Positions 16,342 to 24,442 of a stretch of DNA of 64,000 nucleotides are shown piece by piece. The notes under the pieces were generated by a model. That model made no database searches and was not told the DNA's origin. It saw only the letters and a program-made list of their open reading frames with translations. Both the position numbers and the translations under genes were made by a program. Location: positions 10,317 to 74,316 of IMG/VR virus record IMGVR_UViG_3300031867_000037; one strand, 5' to 3'. Source of the DNA: a virus (taxonomy: Duplodnaviria; Caudoviricetes). Position 1 is the first letter of the stretch, and each line of letters starts with the position of its first letter.

Positions 16342-16575
16342 TTATCTAACCCACATCTTCCACGGAAATGTTCTTCCAACTCTATCCGTGTATGATTCAT
16401 AGATTAAATAGGCAGTCAGATAAACTTTGTCAATGCCGAGTTCTCTCTTGATGTAATCAAAGCACTGGTCGAATGTGTTGCCTTCGAACATTACTTCACT
16501 ATTACCAAATCGTTTTGTGTCCGCAATCACAACTATGTAGTTGTCAGCCTTAACTTCGATTCTGATATTCTCCAT
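16342..16575 (-). CDS. early hypothetical protein
   Basis: AAAGGAGG RBS before (VK)MENIRI. Confidence 0.6.
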   Translation of the reverse strand: MENIRIEVKADNYIVVIADTKRFGNSEVMFEGNTFDQCFDYIKRELGIDKVYLTAYLIYESYTDRVGRTFPWKMWVR

Positions 16576-16594
16576 CTTCACGTTACGTCCTCCT

Positions 16595-16963
16595 TTATAC
16601 ATCCATCTGTATGCTATGATACACAACCCAGTAACCGTTGACTTTGAATATGCTGTACCACGATGTGAATAACTGACCAGTGCAGTCATATCCTTTATCA
16701 ATATATCCGATATAGTGGTATTCCTTGAAGAACTCCTTGAATTCTTCGAGTGTTTCACCGCTGTCTTTGAAGCGGAGCTTTTCTACACAGCCTTCATTGT
16801 CAAGTCGTACCACTGTTTTGTATTCCTGTTCAATCAACCACAGTTTGTATTCGTGGCGAATTTCACGTTTCCGTTTATTCAGAACTTCTTTGAAATACGG
16901 ATGCGGTAATTCTTTGTTAAGCTGTTCCAGTCTCAATAAATCTCTCCAGTCTGCTCTACTCAT
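16595..16963 (-). CDS. early hypothetical protein
   Basis: AAGGAGG RBS. Confidence 0.65.
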   Translation of the reverse strand: MSRADWRDLLRLEQLNKELPHPYFKEVLNKRKREIRHEYKLWLIEQEYKTVVRLDNEGCVEKLRFKDSGETLEEFKEFFKEYHYIGYIDKGYDCTGQLFTSWYSIFKVNGYWVVYHSIQMDV

Positions 16964-17094
16964 TTTAAATCCTCCTTATTGATTACTCCGTAGTAGTCTT
17001 GATACTCGTCGTACTCGACCAGAACCTTAGTCTCTATCTCAGCCACGATTGTTCCCCAACCGTAGTTCTCGTCATAGTATCTTTTACCAAGCAT
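16960..17094 (-). CDS. small early protein (MLGKRYYD..., 44 aa)
   Basis: read by hand; AAGGAG RBS; ATGA overlap. Confidence 0.55.
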   Translation of the reverse strand: MLGKRYYDENYGWGTIVAEIETKVLVEYDEYQDYYGVINKEDLK

Positions 17095-17386
17095 ACTGTT
17101 TTCTCCTTGTCTCAGTTTCTATCCAGCACAGTTCGTCCTCTAACCAGTCGGTTATCTGCTGTTCTACTGTCCTTTCAAACACATCGTCCTCGTCATTCCA
17201 GAATCTGTATGTACCGAGAAGTTTGTCATTGAACGGTCCCGACTGTTTGGAGTATCTGAACAAGGAGAATTCAAAAAGTATCTCGTGCTCATTCCAGCGC
17301 CAATCATCTGTATAATAATTGGTACCTTCCAGAATCTTGTCGATTTCTTTTCTAGTGAAATCCATCGCCTCATATACGTCCATCAT
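17084..17386 (-). CDS. early hypothetical protein
   Basis: GGAGG RBS. Confidence 0.65.
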   Translation of the reverse strand: MMDVYEAMDFTRKEIDKILEGTNYYTDDWRWNEHEILFEFSLFRYSKQSGPFNDKLLGTYRFWNDEDDVFERTVEQQITDWLEDELCWIETETRRKQYAW

Positions 17387-17514
17387 TTGTTTGCCTCCAT
17401 ATCGTGATAATACTCGTCCTCAAGTTCATCATAGGCATCTGGGTCAACTTCGTACATATCTGTCGGGTCGCCCTCTATTCCGTACTTTTCGAGTAACCAT
17501 TCTCTGAATGTCAT
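17383..17514 (-). CDS. small acidic early protein (MTFREWLL..., 43 aa)
   Basis: read by hand; AAGGAGG RBS. Confidence 0.55.
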   Translation of the reverse strand: MTFREWLLEKYGIEGDPTDMYEVDPDAYDELEDEYYHDMEANK

Positions 17515-17528
17515 TGTTTTATCCTCCT

Positions 17529-17774
17529 TTACATAAGTTCTTTGATTTCTCGCCTTACCATCCTTGTAAATTCACAGATAGATTCATAGTCCAGTTCCGA
17601 AAGATTGCAGTAGTCATATAAACAATCCACATATCCTTCGAGCAAATCTGCCAATCGTAATAGTGATTCGCAGTTGGACTTGAGGAAGTCATATTCACTA
17701 CCAACATATATCATATTGGCGATGATGTTGAATTTTGATTTGTAGCCTTCGTAGCCTTTAAATTTTGTGTACAT
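17529..17774 (-). CDS. early hypothetical protein
   Basis: AAGGAGG RBS before MYTKFKG. Confidence 0.65.
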   Translation of the reverse strand: MYTKFKGYEGYKSKFNIIANMIYVGSEYDFLKSNCESLLRLADLLEGYVDCLYDYCNLSELDYESICEFTRMVRREIKELM

Positions 17775-17862
17775 CGTGTCCTCCTTAACTATGTAGATGA
17801 TGGTTAATTGTTTCACTGATGCAGGCGAAACATGTTCGCCCGCACTATCAAACAATCAATAA

Positions 17863-18087
17863 TCACATCAGGTTGTTGTAGTTCTCCTTTAAGAACTTTA
17901 CTGCTTGAATCCAGCTATCAAACGGTTGAACTGTTTCCCAAAAGCCTTCGCCGTAAATAATATTCGCATCTGTTACATACCACGGTTCATGCTTTAATAT
18001 GGAATATTTTCCATTTACTGCACGATGCGGTACAAAGAAATTACCGAGTTCAAATTCTAAATCACCAAACACGTTGCGGTATCCCAT
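17863..18087 (-). CDS. early hypothetical protein
   Basis: AGGAG RBS. Confidence 0.6.
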   Translation of the reverse strand: MGYRNVFGDLEFELGNFFVPHRAVNGKYSILKHEPWYVTDANIIYGEGFWETVQPFDSWIQAVKFLKENYNNLM

Positions 18088-18088
18088 G

Positions 18089-18400
18089 TTAAATTCTCCT
18101 TATCTCTCCAAACTGTAACCACCAACTGTAATCAAGTCCTTTTCTGTCGAACCAGTCTTCTTGTTCTGCCAGTGATGTATATATCCAACTTTGTGATACA
18201 TCTTCCCAAATGTCGTCATACATTACTTCTATCCTAACGGTTACAAATTCGTTGTACCAAAATTTTGCTTCGTAGTGGCGGTAAATGCATTTTGCTTCTG
18301 CCCTGGTGAGCCAATCTTTAATCACGGTATCACGAGGCTGAGCGCCATATCCAAATGCTCCATAATCATCATACGTTTCAACTACTCTCCATCTACTCAT
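18089..18400 (-). CDS. early hypothetical protein
   Basis: TAATG overlap with upstream ORF. Confidence 0.6.
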   Translation of the reverse strand: MSRWRVVETYDDYGAFGYGAQPRDTVIKDWLTRAEAKCIYRHYEAKFWYNEFVTVRIEVMYDDIWEDVSQSWIYTSLAEQEDWFDRKGLDYSWWLQFGEIRRI

Positions 18401-18645
18401 TAGCAAAGTCCTCCATCCTTATATGCTCTGGACATCAGCTTGAGGAATAAATCCTGCAGGTCGCCGTAGTTGTCATTGTCGATGTAGTAGTCCACGTTCG
18501 GGTCGTCCGGCTCAAAGTCACCGTCAGCAACTCCACACATCAGCCACAGGTCGCAGTAGTGTTCATTGTTGATATGGCGTACAATGAATTCCATCGCTTT
18601 TACCATAAGTGTTCGTTCCTGGTCTTTTGTAAGTCTTTTTGCCAT
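18400..18645 (-). CDS. early hypothetical protein
   Basis: AGAGG RBS. Confidence 0.65.
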   Translation of the reverse strand: MAKRLTKDQERTLMVKAMEFIVRHINNEHYCDLWLMCGVADGDFEPDDPNVDYYIDNDNYGDLQDLFLKLMSRAYKDGGLC

Positions 18646-18742
18646 TTGTTTGTCCTCTTTGATTTGACTATGTAGATTACCTTTGTAATCTCACCGAAGT
18701 GGGCGAAACAGGTTCGCTCACGACGGTCAAGCTACAATGGAA

Positions 18743-19105
18743 TTAGTAGATTTCAATTACCAGTTTGTCGAATGCCTGAATCAGAGCGGTTGTAATGTCT
18801 TTCAGGTATTTGCAGTTCTTTTTGTCAAGTCGGATTTTGGAAAGTCTGCGGTATTCCTTATCGAGTAAGTTCTCCGTGTATCCTCCTTTCTTATTAAGTC
18901 CCAAACAATTTTTCATGTGGTTTTTGTCAATCCAGAAATCAGACATTTGCCACATATCGGTGTCGTTCTCCTTGTATTCATAGAGGAATATTAGACAAGC
19001 GTTGCCGTTATACAAGCTCACAGTGTATTCACGGTTATCTCCGTTGTAGGTATCAACAAAAGTTGCTTCTCCAACCTTCTTGTTCCAGTCCCAGTGAAGT
19101 GCCAT
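18743..19105 (-). CDS. early hypothetical protein
   Basis: AAAGGAGG RBS. Confidence 0.65.
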   Translation of the reverse strand: MALHWDWNKKVGEATFVDTYNGDNREYTVSLYNGNACLIFLYEYKENDTDMWQMSDFWIDKNHMKNCLGLNKKGGYTENLLDKEYRRLSKIRLDKKNCKYLKDITTALIQAFDKLVIEIY

Positions 19106-19119
19106 TTACTTATCCTCCT

Positions 19120-19365
19120 TTAAAAGAATGTTTCCATTTCATCCAAGTAAAATCTTCTGCCGCATTTTCTGATATAATCTCTTCCAGATACGGTGTAATA
19201 GATTTTATTACGGCTTATTTTTATTCTGCCGTCACCGTAGTTAAAACATGTTACCAGATAATCCTCAATGCCGTAAAGTACATCGAGAATTTCTAAGCCT
19301 CCCCAGTTGCATAGGCAAACATAGGCGATTGGTGGCTTGTCTTTGTACTGCTCCTTGAGTGTCAT
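19120..19365 (-). CDS. early hypothetical protein
   Basis: AAAGGAGG RBS. Confidence 0.65.
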   Translation of the reverse strand: MTLKEQYKDKPPIAYVCLCNWGGLEILDVLYGIEDYLVTCFNYGDGRIKISRNKIYYTVSGRDYIRKCGRRFYLDEMETFF

Positions 19366-19459
19366 ATTTTGTCCTCCTTTAACTTTGTAGATGATGTGTG
19401 GTCAATCCCACAAGACTACAGACAATCCGTAGATTGTCTGCAGGTTTGCGGTATTGAAC

Positions 19460-19732
19460 TTATCCGATTACGAAATCGGTATCATATGTCTTGGAAATGT
19501 GATACAAATGTTCTTTGCCGGATACATCCTTGTAGCGGAAGGCGTATGTGAACTTCCAGCCGCTTGCTGTACAAATTCTGCCGTCGTAGCCGTTAAGGTC
19601 CGACTGTTTTACAAGGCAGTTTCTATACGCTTCTTCCTTCTTGTCTGACCACTTGCCATATACCTGGCGCAGGTCGTGAATGTCTTTTGCTCGATTGTAG
19701 TTGTCCAATAACTGTTCCTGTTTCTTAGTCAT
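19460..19732 (-). CDS. early hypothetical protein
   Basis: GGAGG RBS. Confidence 0.65.
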   Translation of the reverse strand: MTKKQEQLLDNYNRAKDIHDLRQVYGKWSDKKEEAYRNCLVKQSDLNGYDGRICTASGWKFTYAFRYKDVSGKEHLYHISKTYDTDFVIG

Positions 19733-19734
19733 GT

Positions 19735-20049
19735 TTATTCCTCCTCTTCCTCAATATCAAGGTTAATGACTACTTCTTCCTCAATCTCACCGACAATACT
19801 ATCGGTAACGGCGTCAACCGCATCTGTACCTCCGTCAAGAACATCCTCAAATACTGACGTTCTGGCGATAATGAATATTGCCGCTGTCTGAATGTGTCTG
19901 TCGGTCGGCTTATTTCTCTGTACAAAATTCAGCAGGGAAGAATATGCCTTGTTGCTACCAGCATCAAAGTAATTATGCCGTATACAAAAGTTTCTCATGC
20001 GGTCCATGTTCCAGTATCTCATTTTGTCCTCCTTATTTTTATTTGCCAC
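19735..20049 (-). CDS. early hypothetical protein
   Basis: ORF in operon; start could be the internal MRYW. Confidence 0.6.
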   Translation of the reverse strand: MANKNKEDKMRYWNMDRMRNFCIRHNYFDAGSNKAYSSLLNFVQRNKPTDRHIQTAAIFIIARTSVFEDVLDGGTDAVDAVTDSIVGEIEEEVVINLDIEEEEE

Positions 20050-20111
20050 ATCTTCGTACTTTTCACGTTAGGCGCTCCATTGATACAACGGCGCCCACGT
20101 TACTACTTCCG

Positions 20112-20435
20112 TTAGTTTGTGGACTTTGTAGATATACAAACTCCCAACCTGTTTTCCATTTCGTGGACTAGCTGAATGGCTTCACTGCCTTCACAGTTTC
20201 TCCACTCGTCAAGGAGTCCTGCATAGTACATTAACTCCTCGACCTCTTCCAGCTTGCGCCCCCAATGCGGAGCAGTTAGAATTTGTGCTTCGAGCTGGAA
20301 TATCCGATATGACTGCCACTCGTCAATATCAGGACGTTCCTCACGCTCGATTTTGTCCTGCTTCCAATTACAGTACTTATCCCAGAGACAACAATAGTCT
20401 CCGAGATACAATAAATCCAGTAGCTTATCGAACAC
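20112..20435 (-). CDS. early hypothetical protein
   Basis: GTG start with GAGG, overlapping the upstream stop. Confidence 0.55.
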   Translation of the reverse strand: MFDKLLDLLYLGDYCCLWDKYCNWKQDKIEREERPDIDEWQSYRIFQLEAQILTAPHWGRKLEEVEELMYYAGLLDEWRNCEGSEAIQLVHEMENRLGVCISTKSTN

Positions 20436-20667
20436 CTTGAACCTCTTCTTCCCAGAACTTGTTACGCAATTCTGTGGCATAGTTCCAAGTTGCGGCATGC
20501 ACCTCAGTGGAGCAAATTTTCATAGCTACTGCCGTAACGCCAAATAACTGATGGCTAAATTCAAAGTAACAATCGGTAACATTTGCATCAAGGTTACGAT
20601 AACGAGTTGCCTGCTCCTTAGCCTCTGAATATAGGTAATCCATAGCTTCCTTAAATTTATTCAGCAT
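20425..20667 (-). CDS. early hypothetical protein
   Basis: AAGGAGG RBS. Confidence 0.65.
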   Translation of the reverse strand: MLNKFKEAMDYLYSEAKEQATRYRNLDANVTDCYFEFSHQLFGVTAVAMKICSTEVHAATWNYATELRNKFWEEEVQGVR

Positions 20668-20677
20668 GGTGTCCTCC

Positions 20678-20842
20678 TTACTTTATAACTACCACTGTGA
20701 TTTGCCTGTCAAATATGAACTCGGCAATTTCCTTTAGTTCCTTCACAGCTACATCCAACGGTTTGTCCGTGGGTAACGGGCAAGTTCTAATCTGCACCAA
20801 CTGTGCCGGTTTACCAAACTCGCCGTACAATTTTGCCTTCAT
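20678..20842 (-). CDS. small early protein (MKAKLYG..., 54 aa)
   Basis: read by hand; AAAGGAGG RBS. Confidence 0.6.
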   Translation of the reverse strand: MKAKLYGEFGKPAQLVQIRTCPLPTDKPLDVAVKELKEIAEFIFDRQITVVVIK

Positions 20843-20940
20843 AGCAACGTCCTCCTTTAACTTTGTAGATGATGTGTGGTCAATCCCACAGTGCTACGGA
20901 CAATCGTTTGTGGATTGTCCGCAACGGCTGTGCCATTGAC

Positions 20941-21354
20941 TTATTCCAGCATATCCTTATAGTAGTTTTCCCACAGGTCCTGTACTCGTAATTCATAGTT
21001 GGACCCGTGTGAAGGATATCCTTCGTCAATACACTCCTGTGCTATTCTCTCGCAGGCTTCTTTAAACTCTTCCAGTAACTGGTCCTGTTTTGTCCACCCG
21101 TCTGGGAACCATTTAATTGTATTTACATCTAACCATCCGTGCTCACATCTGGTAGCGGTCATGTGCGTCCACAATATCTGCGGTACAACAAAGTCCGCAA
21201 TTTCAATAATTCGGTAGATGTGAAGTCCGGCGGGAATATGAACTGTAATCCATCCATCATCCTCATTGAATACCTTCACATTAAAATCCGGTGTAAATAC
21301 TGTGCCTTCTTTTTTAACGAAACCCTCATATGCATGTCTTGCCATCAGAATCAT
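20941..21354 (-). CDS. early hypothetical protein
   Basis: ATGA overlap. Confidence 0.65.
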   Translation of the reverse strand: MILMARHAYEGFVKKEGTVFTPDFNVKVFNEDDGWITVHIPAGLHIYRIIEIADFVVPQILWTHMTATRCEHGWLDVNTIKWFPDGWTKQDQLLEEFKEACERIAQECIDEGYPSHGSNYELRVQDLWENYYKDMLE

Positions 21355-21539
21355 TTCCTCACCGCCTTTACATTAAACATCCTCCACGTACGGCATGCCG
21401 GATAATGAATCATGTCTGCCGCAATACTTACGACCATGTGTGGAACATTGGCATACACTTCTCCAGTACACTGGGAAATGTACTCAAACTTGCCTCCTTC
21501 AAACTTCCCAAGGAAGTTGGTGATACGATACAGTTTCAT
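21351..21539 (-). CDS. early hypothetical protein
   Basis: AAAGGAGG RBS directly downstream of the tandem array. Confidence 0.65.
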   Translation of the reverse strand: MKLYRITNFLGKFEGGKFEYISQCTGEVYANVPHMVVSIAADMIHYPACRTWRMFNVKAVRK

Positions 21540-21562
21540 ATGTTTTCCTCCTTTCCAATTAA

Positions 21563-21647
21563 TTGTCAGACAATTCAGACTTGTCAGACAATTCAGACTT
21601 GTCAGACAATTCAGACTTGTCAGACAATTCAGACTTGTCAGACAATT
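21563..21647. repeat. tandem array of 18-bp units TTGTCAGACAATTCAGAC (4 full + 13 bp)
   Basis: counted directly; each unit holds the palindrome TTGTC-A-GACAA. Confidence 0.95.
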
Positions 21648-21730
21648 TAATCATGGCTCCACAGCTGGTCGAGAAAATGGTCCTCGACGGTCAGCAATAG
21701 ATACCCCAGGGTAAATATCACTATAAGCAT
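21647..21730 (-). CDS. 27-aa hydrophobic peptide MLIVIFTLGYLLLTVEDHFLDQLWSHD
   Basis: read by hand; AAAGGAGG RBS. Confidence 0.5.
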   Translation of the reverse strand: MLIVIFTLGYLLLTVEDHFLDQLWSHD

Positions 21731-21812
21731 ACGGTCCTCCTTTGTGCTTGGTCAATAGATACACTACAACGGGCGAAACATGTTCGCCCGCTGTCTGTGA
21801 AGCTATTGGCGA

Positions 21813-22367
21813 TTATTTAGCCAGCTTGTTAGCGTTAGCAAGGATAGCGGCCAGGTTTTCTCTGGAAGACTTCACTCTGATGCCGTATCCCTTGACCTCA
21901 TACTCAAGTCCTTCTACCAGCTCCTCACGGTTAGTTGTAATGCACCGGTTGCTATATCTGAATAAGCGGGCAGTTCCACGCTTTACATGTACAGCGTCCT
22001 TGCTGCCGCGTTCCAGTCTGAGGTCAGCGGTGAGCGGGATGTCAGCCACCAGCTCCTCGAATGTCTTCTGGTGCTTGCGCGGCTTGCGTTCCTTCTTGTT
22101 AGTCTTGTCTGCTGTCTGCTCCTCAGTCTTGTCTGCTGTCTGCTCCTCAGTCTTGTCTGCTGTCTGCTCCTCAGTCTTGTCTGCTGTCTGCTCCTCAGTC
22201 TTGTCTGCTGTCTGCTCCTCAGTCTTGTCTGCTGTCTGCTCCTCAGTCTTGTCTGCGGCGTTAATTGCGTCAACAAGTTGGCGCTTAGTAAGTCCCTCAG
22301 TTGCAATGCCGAGTTCACGTGCCATAGTCTCAAGTGTCTCTTTGTTCATGTTTCTAGTTGCCTTCAT
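21813..22367 (-). CDS. first early protein: Rho-N/HeH-like N-terminus, (ADKTEEQT)x6 linker, basic C-terminal domain
   Basis: KETLETMARELGI...LTKRQLVDAI; AAAGGAGG RBS. Confidence 0.75.
   Translation of the reverse strand: MKATRNMNKETLETMARELGIATEGLTKRQLVDAINAADKTEEQTADKTEEQTADKTEEQTADKTEEQTADKTEEQTADKTEEQTADKTNKKERKPRKHQKTFEELVADIPLTADLRLERGSKDAVHVKRGTARLFRYSNRCITTNREELVEGLEYEVKGYGIRVKSSRENLAAILANANKLAK
22101..22256. repeat. coding tandem repeat, 6 x 24 bp + 12 bp
   Basis: AGTCTTGTCTGCTGTCTGCTCCTC exact copies. Confidence 0.95.
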
Positions 22368-22759
22368 AGTAGTATCCTCCTTTAGATAGATATATAAAAT
22401 AATTGATATATGAGGTAATGTCCTCACTCATGCATACACTGATTAACAGTGTATGCACTGGTCGGGACATTAAATCTAGGACAACACTGTTAATTACTCT
22501 GACTGATTAACAGTGTATTCAGCTATCTACTAATCCGCGTGTGTTCGCTGGTATCGCTTTTAATGTGTGTACTCACGACAAGTCAAATATGCTTGTTGTT
22601 CATAGCTGTACAGCGTTCGTGACAATGAACGCTTGTAACGTGTACCCCGGCTTTCCCCAGGCATGTTTCCGTTAGCGTTAGAAACATGTACAGTACTTGA
22701 TTCTAGCAACGTGCGACTACTTAATCCCTACTAACACCCGATAGCTCCGTTCCCCGTGT

Positions 22760-22958
22760 GTAGTATCTTGCTGACTTGCTAAAGTAGTATCTAAACGATT
22801 TGTGTCGAACTAAGTCGCTATTGGGTGACCGGTGACTTGCTGACATATGTCAGTAGTATCACTCTGACTTGCTGACACTTGCTGACATATGTCAGTAGTT
22901 CGCCAGTAGTATCAAGGACGCTTCCAACAGCTAGTTAGCGACTTGCTAAAGTAGTATC
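22760..22958. repeat. five co-oriented GTAGTATC motifs, most preceded by GACTTGCT
   Basis: 22760, 22784, 22853, 22906, 22951; CTGACATATGTCAG palindrome present twice. Confidence 0.9.
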
Positions 22959-23022
22959 AGAGACTTTCACACGTATACTAAGTGCATACGGGCCTGCTTT
23001 TCGCGGACTAGCTTTTATTCAA

Positions 23023-23034
23023 TTTTCAAAGAAC
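23023..23034 (-). promoter_or_regulatory. boxA-like antitermination element GTTCTTTGAAAA
   Basis: matches Firmicutes rrn boxA; about 50 nt after the predicted start site. Confidence 0.6.
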
Positions 23035-23091
23035 AGACATGATAAAAAGAGATGTAATGTGAAGTAGTGCAAAGTTTCTCTTCACATAAAT

Positions 23092-23120
23092 ATAATATCA
23101 AATATGTAATATAATGTAAA
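23092..23120 (-). promoter_or_regulatory. early promoter
   Basis: TTTACA-N17-TATTAT with TG extension. Confidence 0.7.
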
Positions 23121-23407
23121 CAACAAAAGGCAGACAAACTTTGCAATATTGGCGTGGTTTAAGTGTATTGTATGCTTATTTTTAGCATATAAGTAGACAA
23201 AATTTGCACGCCAGAGCGTGTTTACATAATGTGTTAGTCATAGCTAATAGCCAGCTATATATTAAGTAATATTAAATTACTGTTAAATTTTGTAATAAAG
23301 TTGTTACAAAATTATTACAAGGTAAATAGTCAAAATCAGTCATAAATAATCAGGTATAATCACAGCGGCGGTTAGTCAAAAAGTATCAAAATCAGTCAAA
23401 TACATTC

Positions 23408-23444
23408 ATGCATAAATATACAGAAACCATGTATATTTATGCAT
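23408..23444. repeat. perfect 15-bp inverted repeat with 7-bp spacer
   Basis: ATGCATAAATATACA-GAAACCA-TGTATATTTATGCAT. Confidence 0.9.
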
Positions 23445-23882
23445 ACCAAACAGCGGTCTATGTATTAGTGTAATATACACTAATCTGTGATTCTTATTTT
23501 TCGAACTATATAATTGTATGAATTGTGTCTAAGGTTTCGTGAATATTTGACAATTGGCCGCGGCGGAGAGGGAAAAGAAACAATATTAACACAATACAAT
23601 ACAATATATAAACAATTATATACAATAGAATACAATTCAATCGAAACCACTCGAATTGTGTACAAATTTAAAAATCCTGTAGAAATTATCTATACAATTC
23701 ACATGAAAATTTAGCGAATTCGCACGTGGCGGGTCCGAGCGGGTTCGAATTCGCACAACTCGCACATAGCCGCACAAGCTGTCAGAATATTCTGAAAAAT
23801 AGCGCGGCAGACCCCCTATAGTCAGAAAAATCGGGGGGTAGGGAAGAGAGATGCATTTTTTGAAATCCTTAAAAGTCTCTAA

Positions 23883-24019
23883 ATCGCTTGACCTGAATTT
23901 TGAAATCACTGAATCCCTTAAATCGCTTGGGTCGAGTTTTTATATCGCTTGAAATCCCTATTATCGCTTGTTTTTCTGAATCCTAGTTTTTCTATAATCG
24001 TAAATCCATAAATCGCTTG
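23883..24019. repeat. five direct ATCGCTTG repeats upstream of the packaging operon
   Basis: 23883, 23922, 23944, 23963, 24012, interleaved with AATCC motifs. Confidence 0.85.
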
Positions 24020-24045
24020 GAACATTAGACTACATGCAATACGAC

Positions 24046-24075
24046 TTTACAAACGGTAAATTTTCGTGCTATAAT
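24046..24075 (+). promoter_or_regulatory. promoter of the packaging operon
   Basis: TTTACA-N18-TATAAT with TG extension. Confidence 0.65.
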
Positions 24076-24109
24076 GCGAACATAAAATATGAGCGGGAGG
24101 TTGGCTACA

Positions 24110-24442
24110 ATGGCCGTACAAAAATATTTAAGTGTAGCCAAACGGCTACAAAATGCTATTAATACCACATATGACATGAAAATTGTTATTAATACAAATC
24201 AATGGTATAGCGAGAAAAAGAAATGTCTTATGAACCAATATACTGTACGTCAAGTATTTGTTGATGAAGAAGGTAAAAAGACTAGTGTTGAATTATATAA
24301 AACCTATTCTACTATACGCTTGACTTTATTTTTACGGGACTATTGGTTTGAATTAAATGGCTGGGAAGTGCCTACAGATAATCAAATGTGGGAGGAGATA
24401 AAGAAAGACTATGGTGACAAGAAAGATACAGAAACGGTATGA
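24110..24442 (+). CDS. hypothetical protein upstream of terS
   Basis: GGGAGG RBS. Confidence 0.7.
   Translation: MAVQKYLSVAKRLQNAINTTYDMKIVINTNQWYSEKKKCLMNQYTVRQVFVDEEGKKTSVELYKTYSTIRLTLFLRDYWFELNGWEVPTDNQMWEEIKKDYGDKKDTETV

Larger units (their letters stand above)
22380..23085 (-). promoter_or_regulatory. ~700-nt structured 5' leader of the early operon
   Basis: non-coding stretch between the promoter at 23092-23120 and the first ORF; boxA-like site; many hairpins; internal repeats. Confidence 0.6.

Noticed and set aside
21742-22389. Plus-strand repeat-containing ORFs (AVCSSVLS / CCLLLSLV repeats)
   Set aside because: Alternative frames of the 24-bp repeat in the minus-strand gene, which has the RBS and operon context.
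21563-22958. CRISPR array reading of the 18-bp, 24-bp and GTAGTATC repeats
   Set aside because: The first two are spacer-less tandem repeats (one coding); the third has short motifs with irregular, partly repeated intervals. No cas operon; the Cas4-like gene is a solo phage nuclease.
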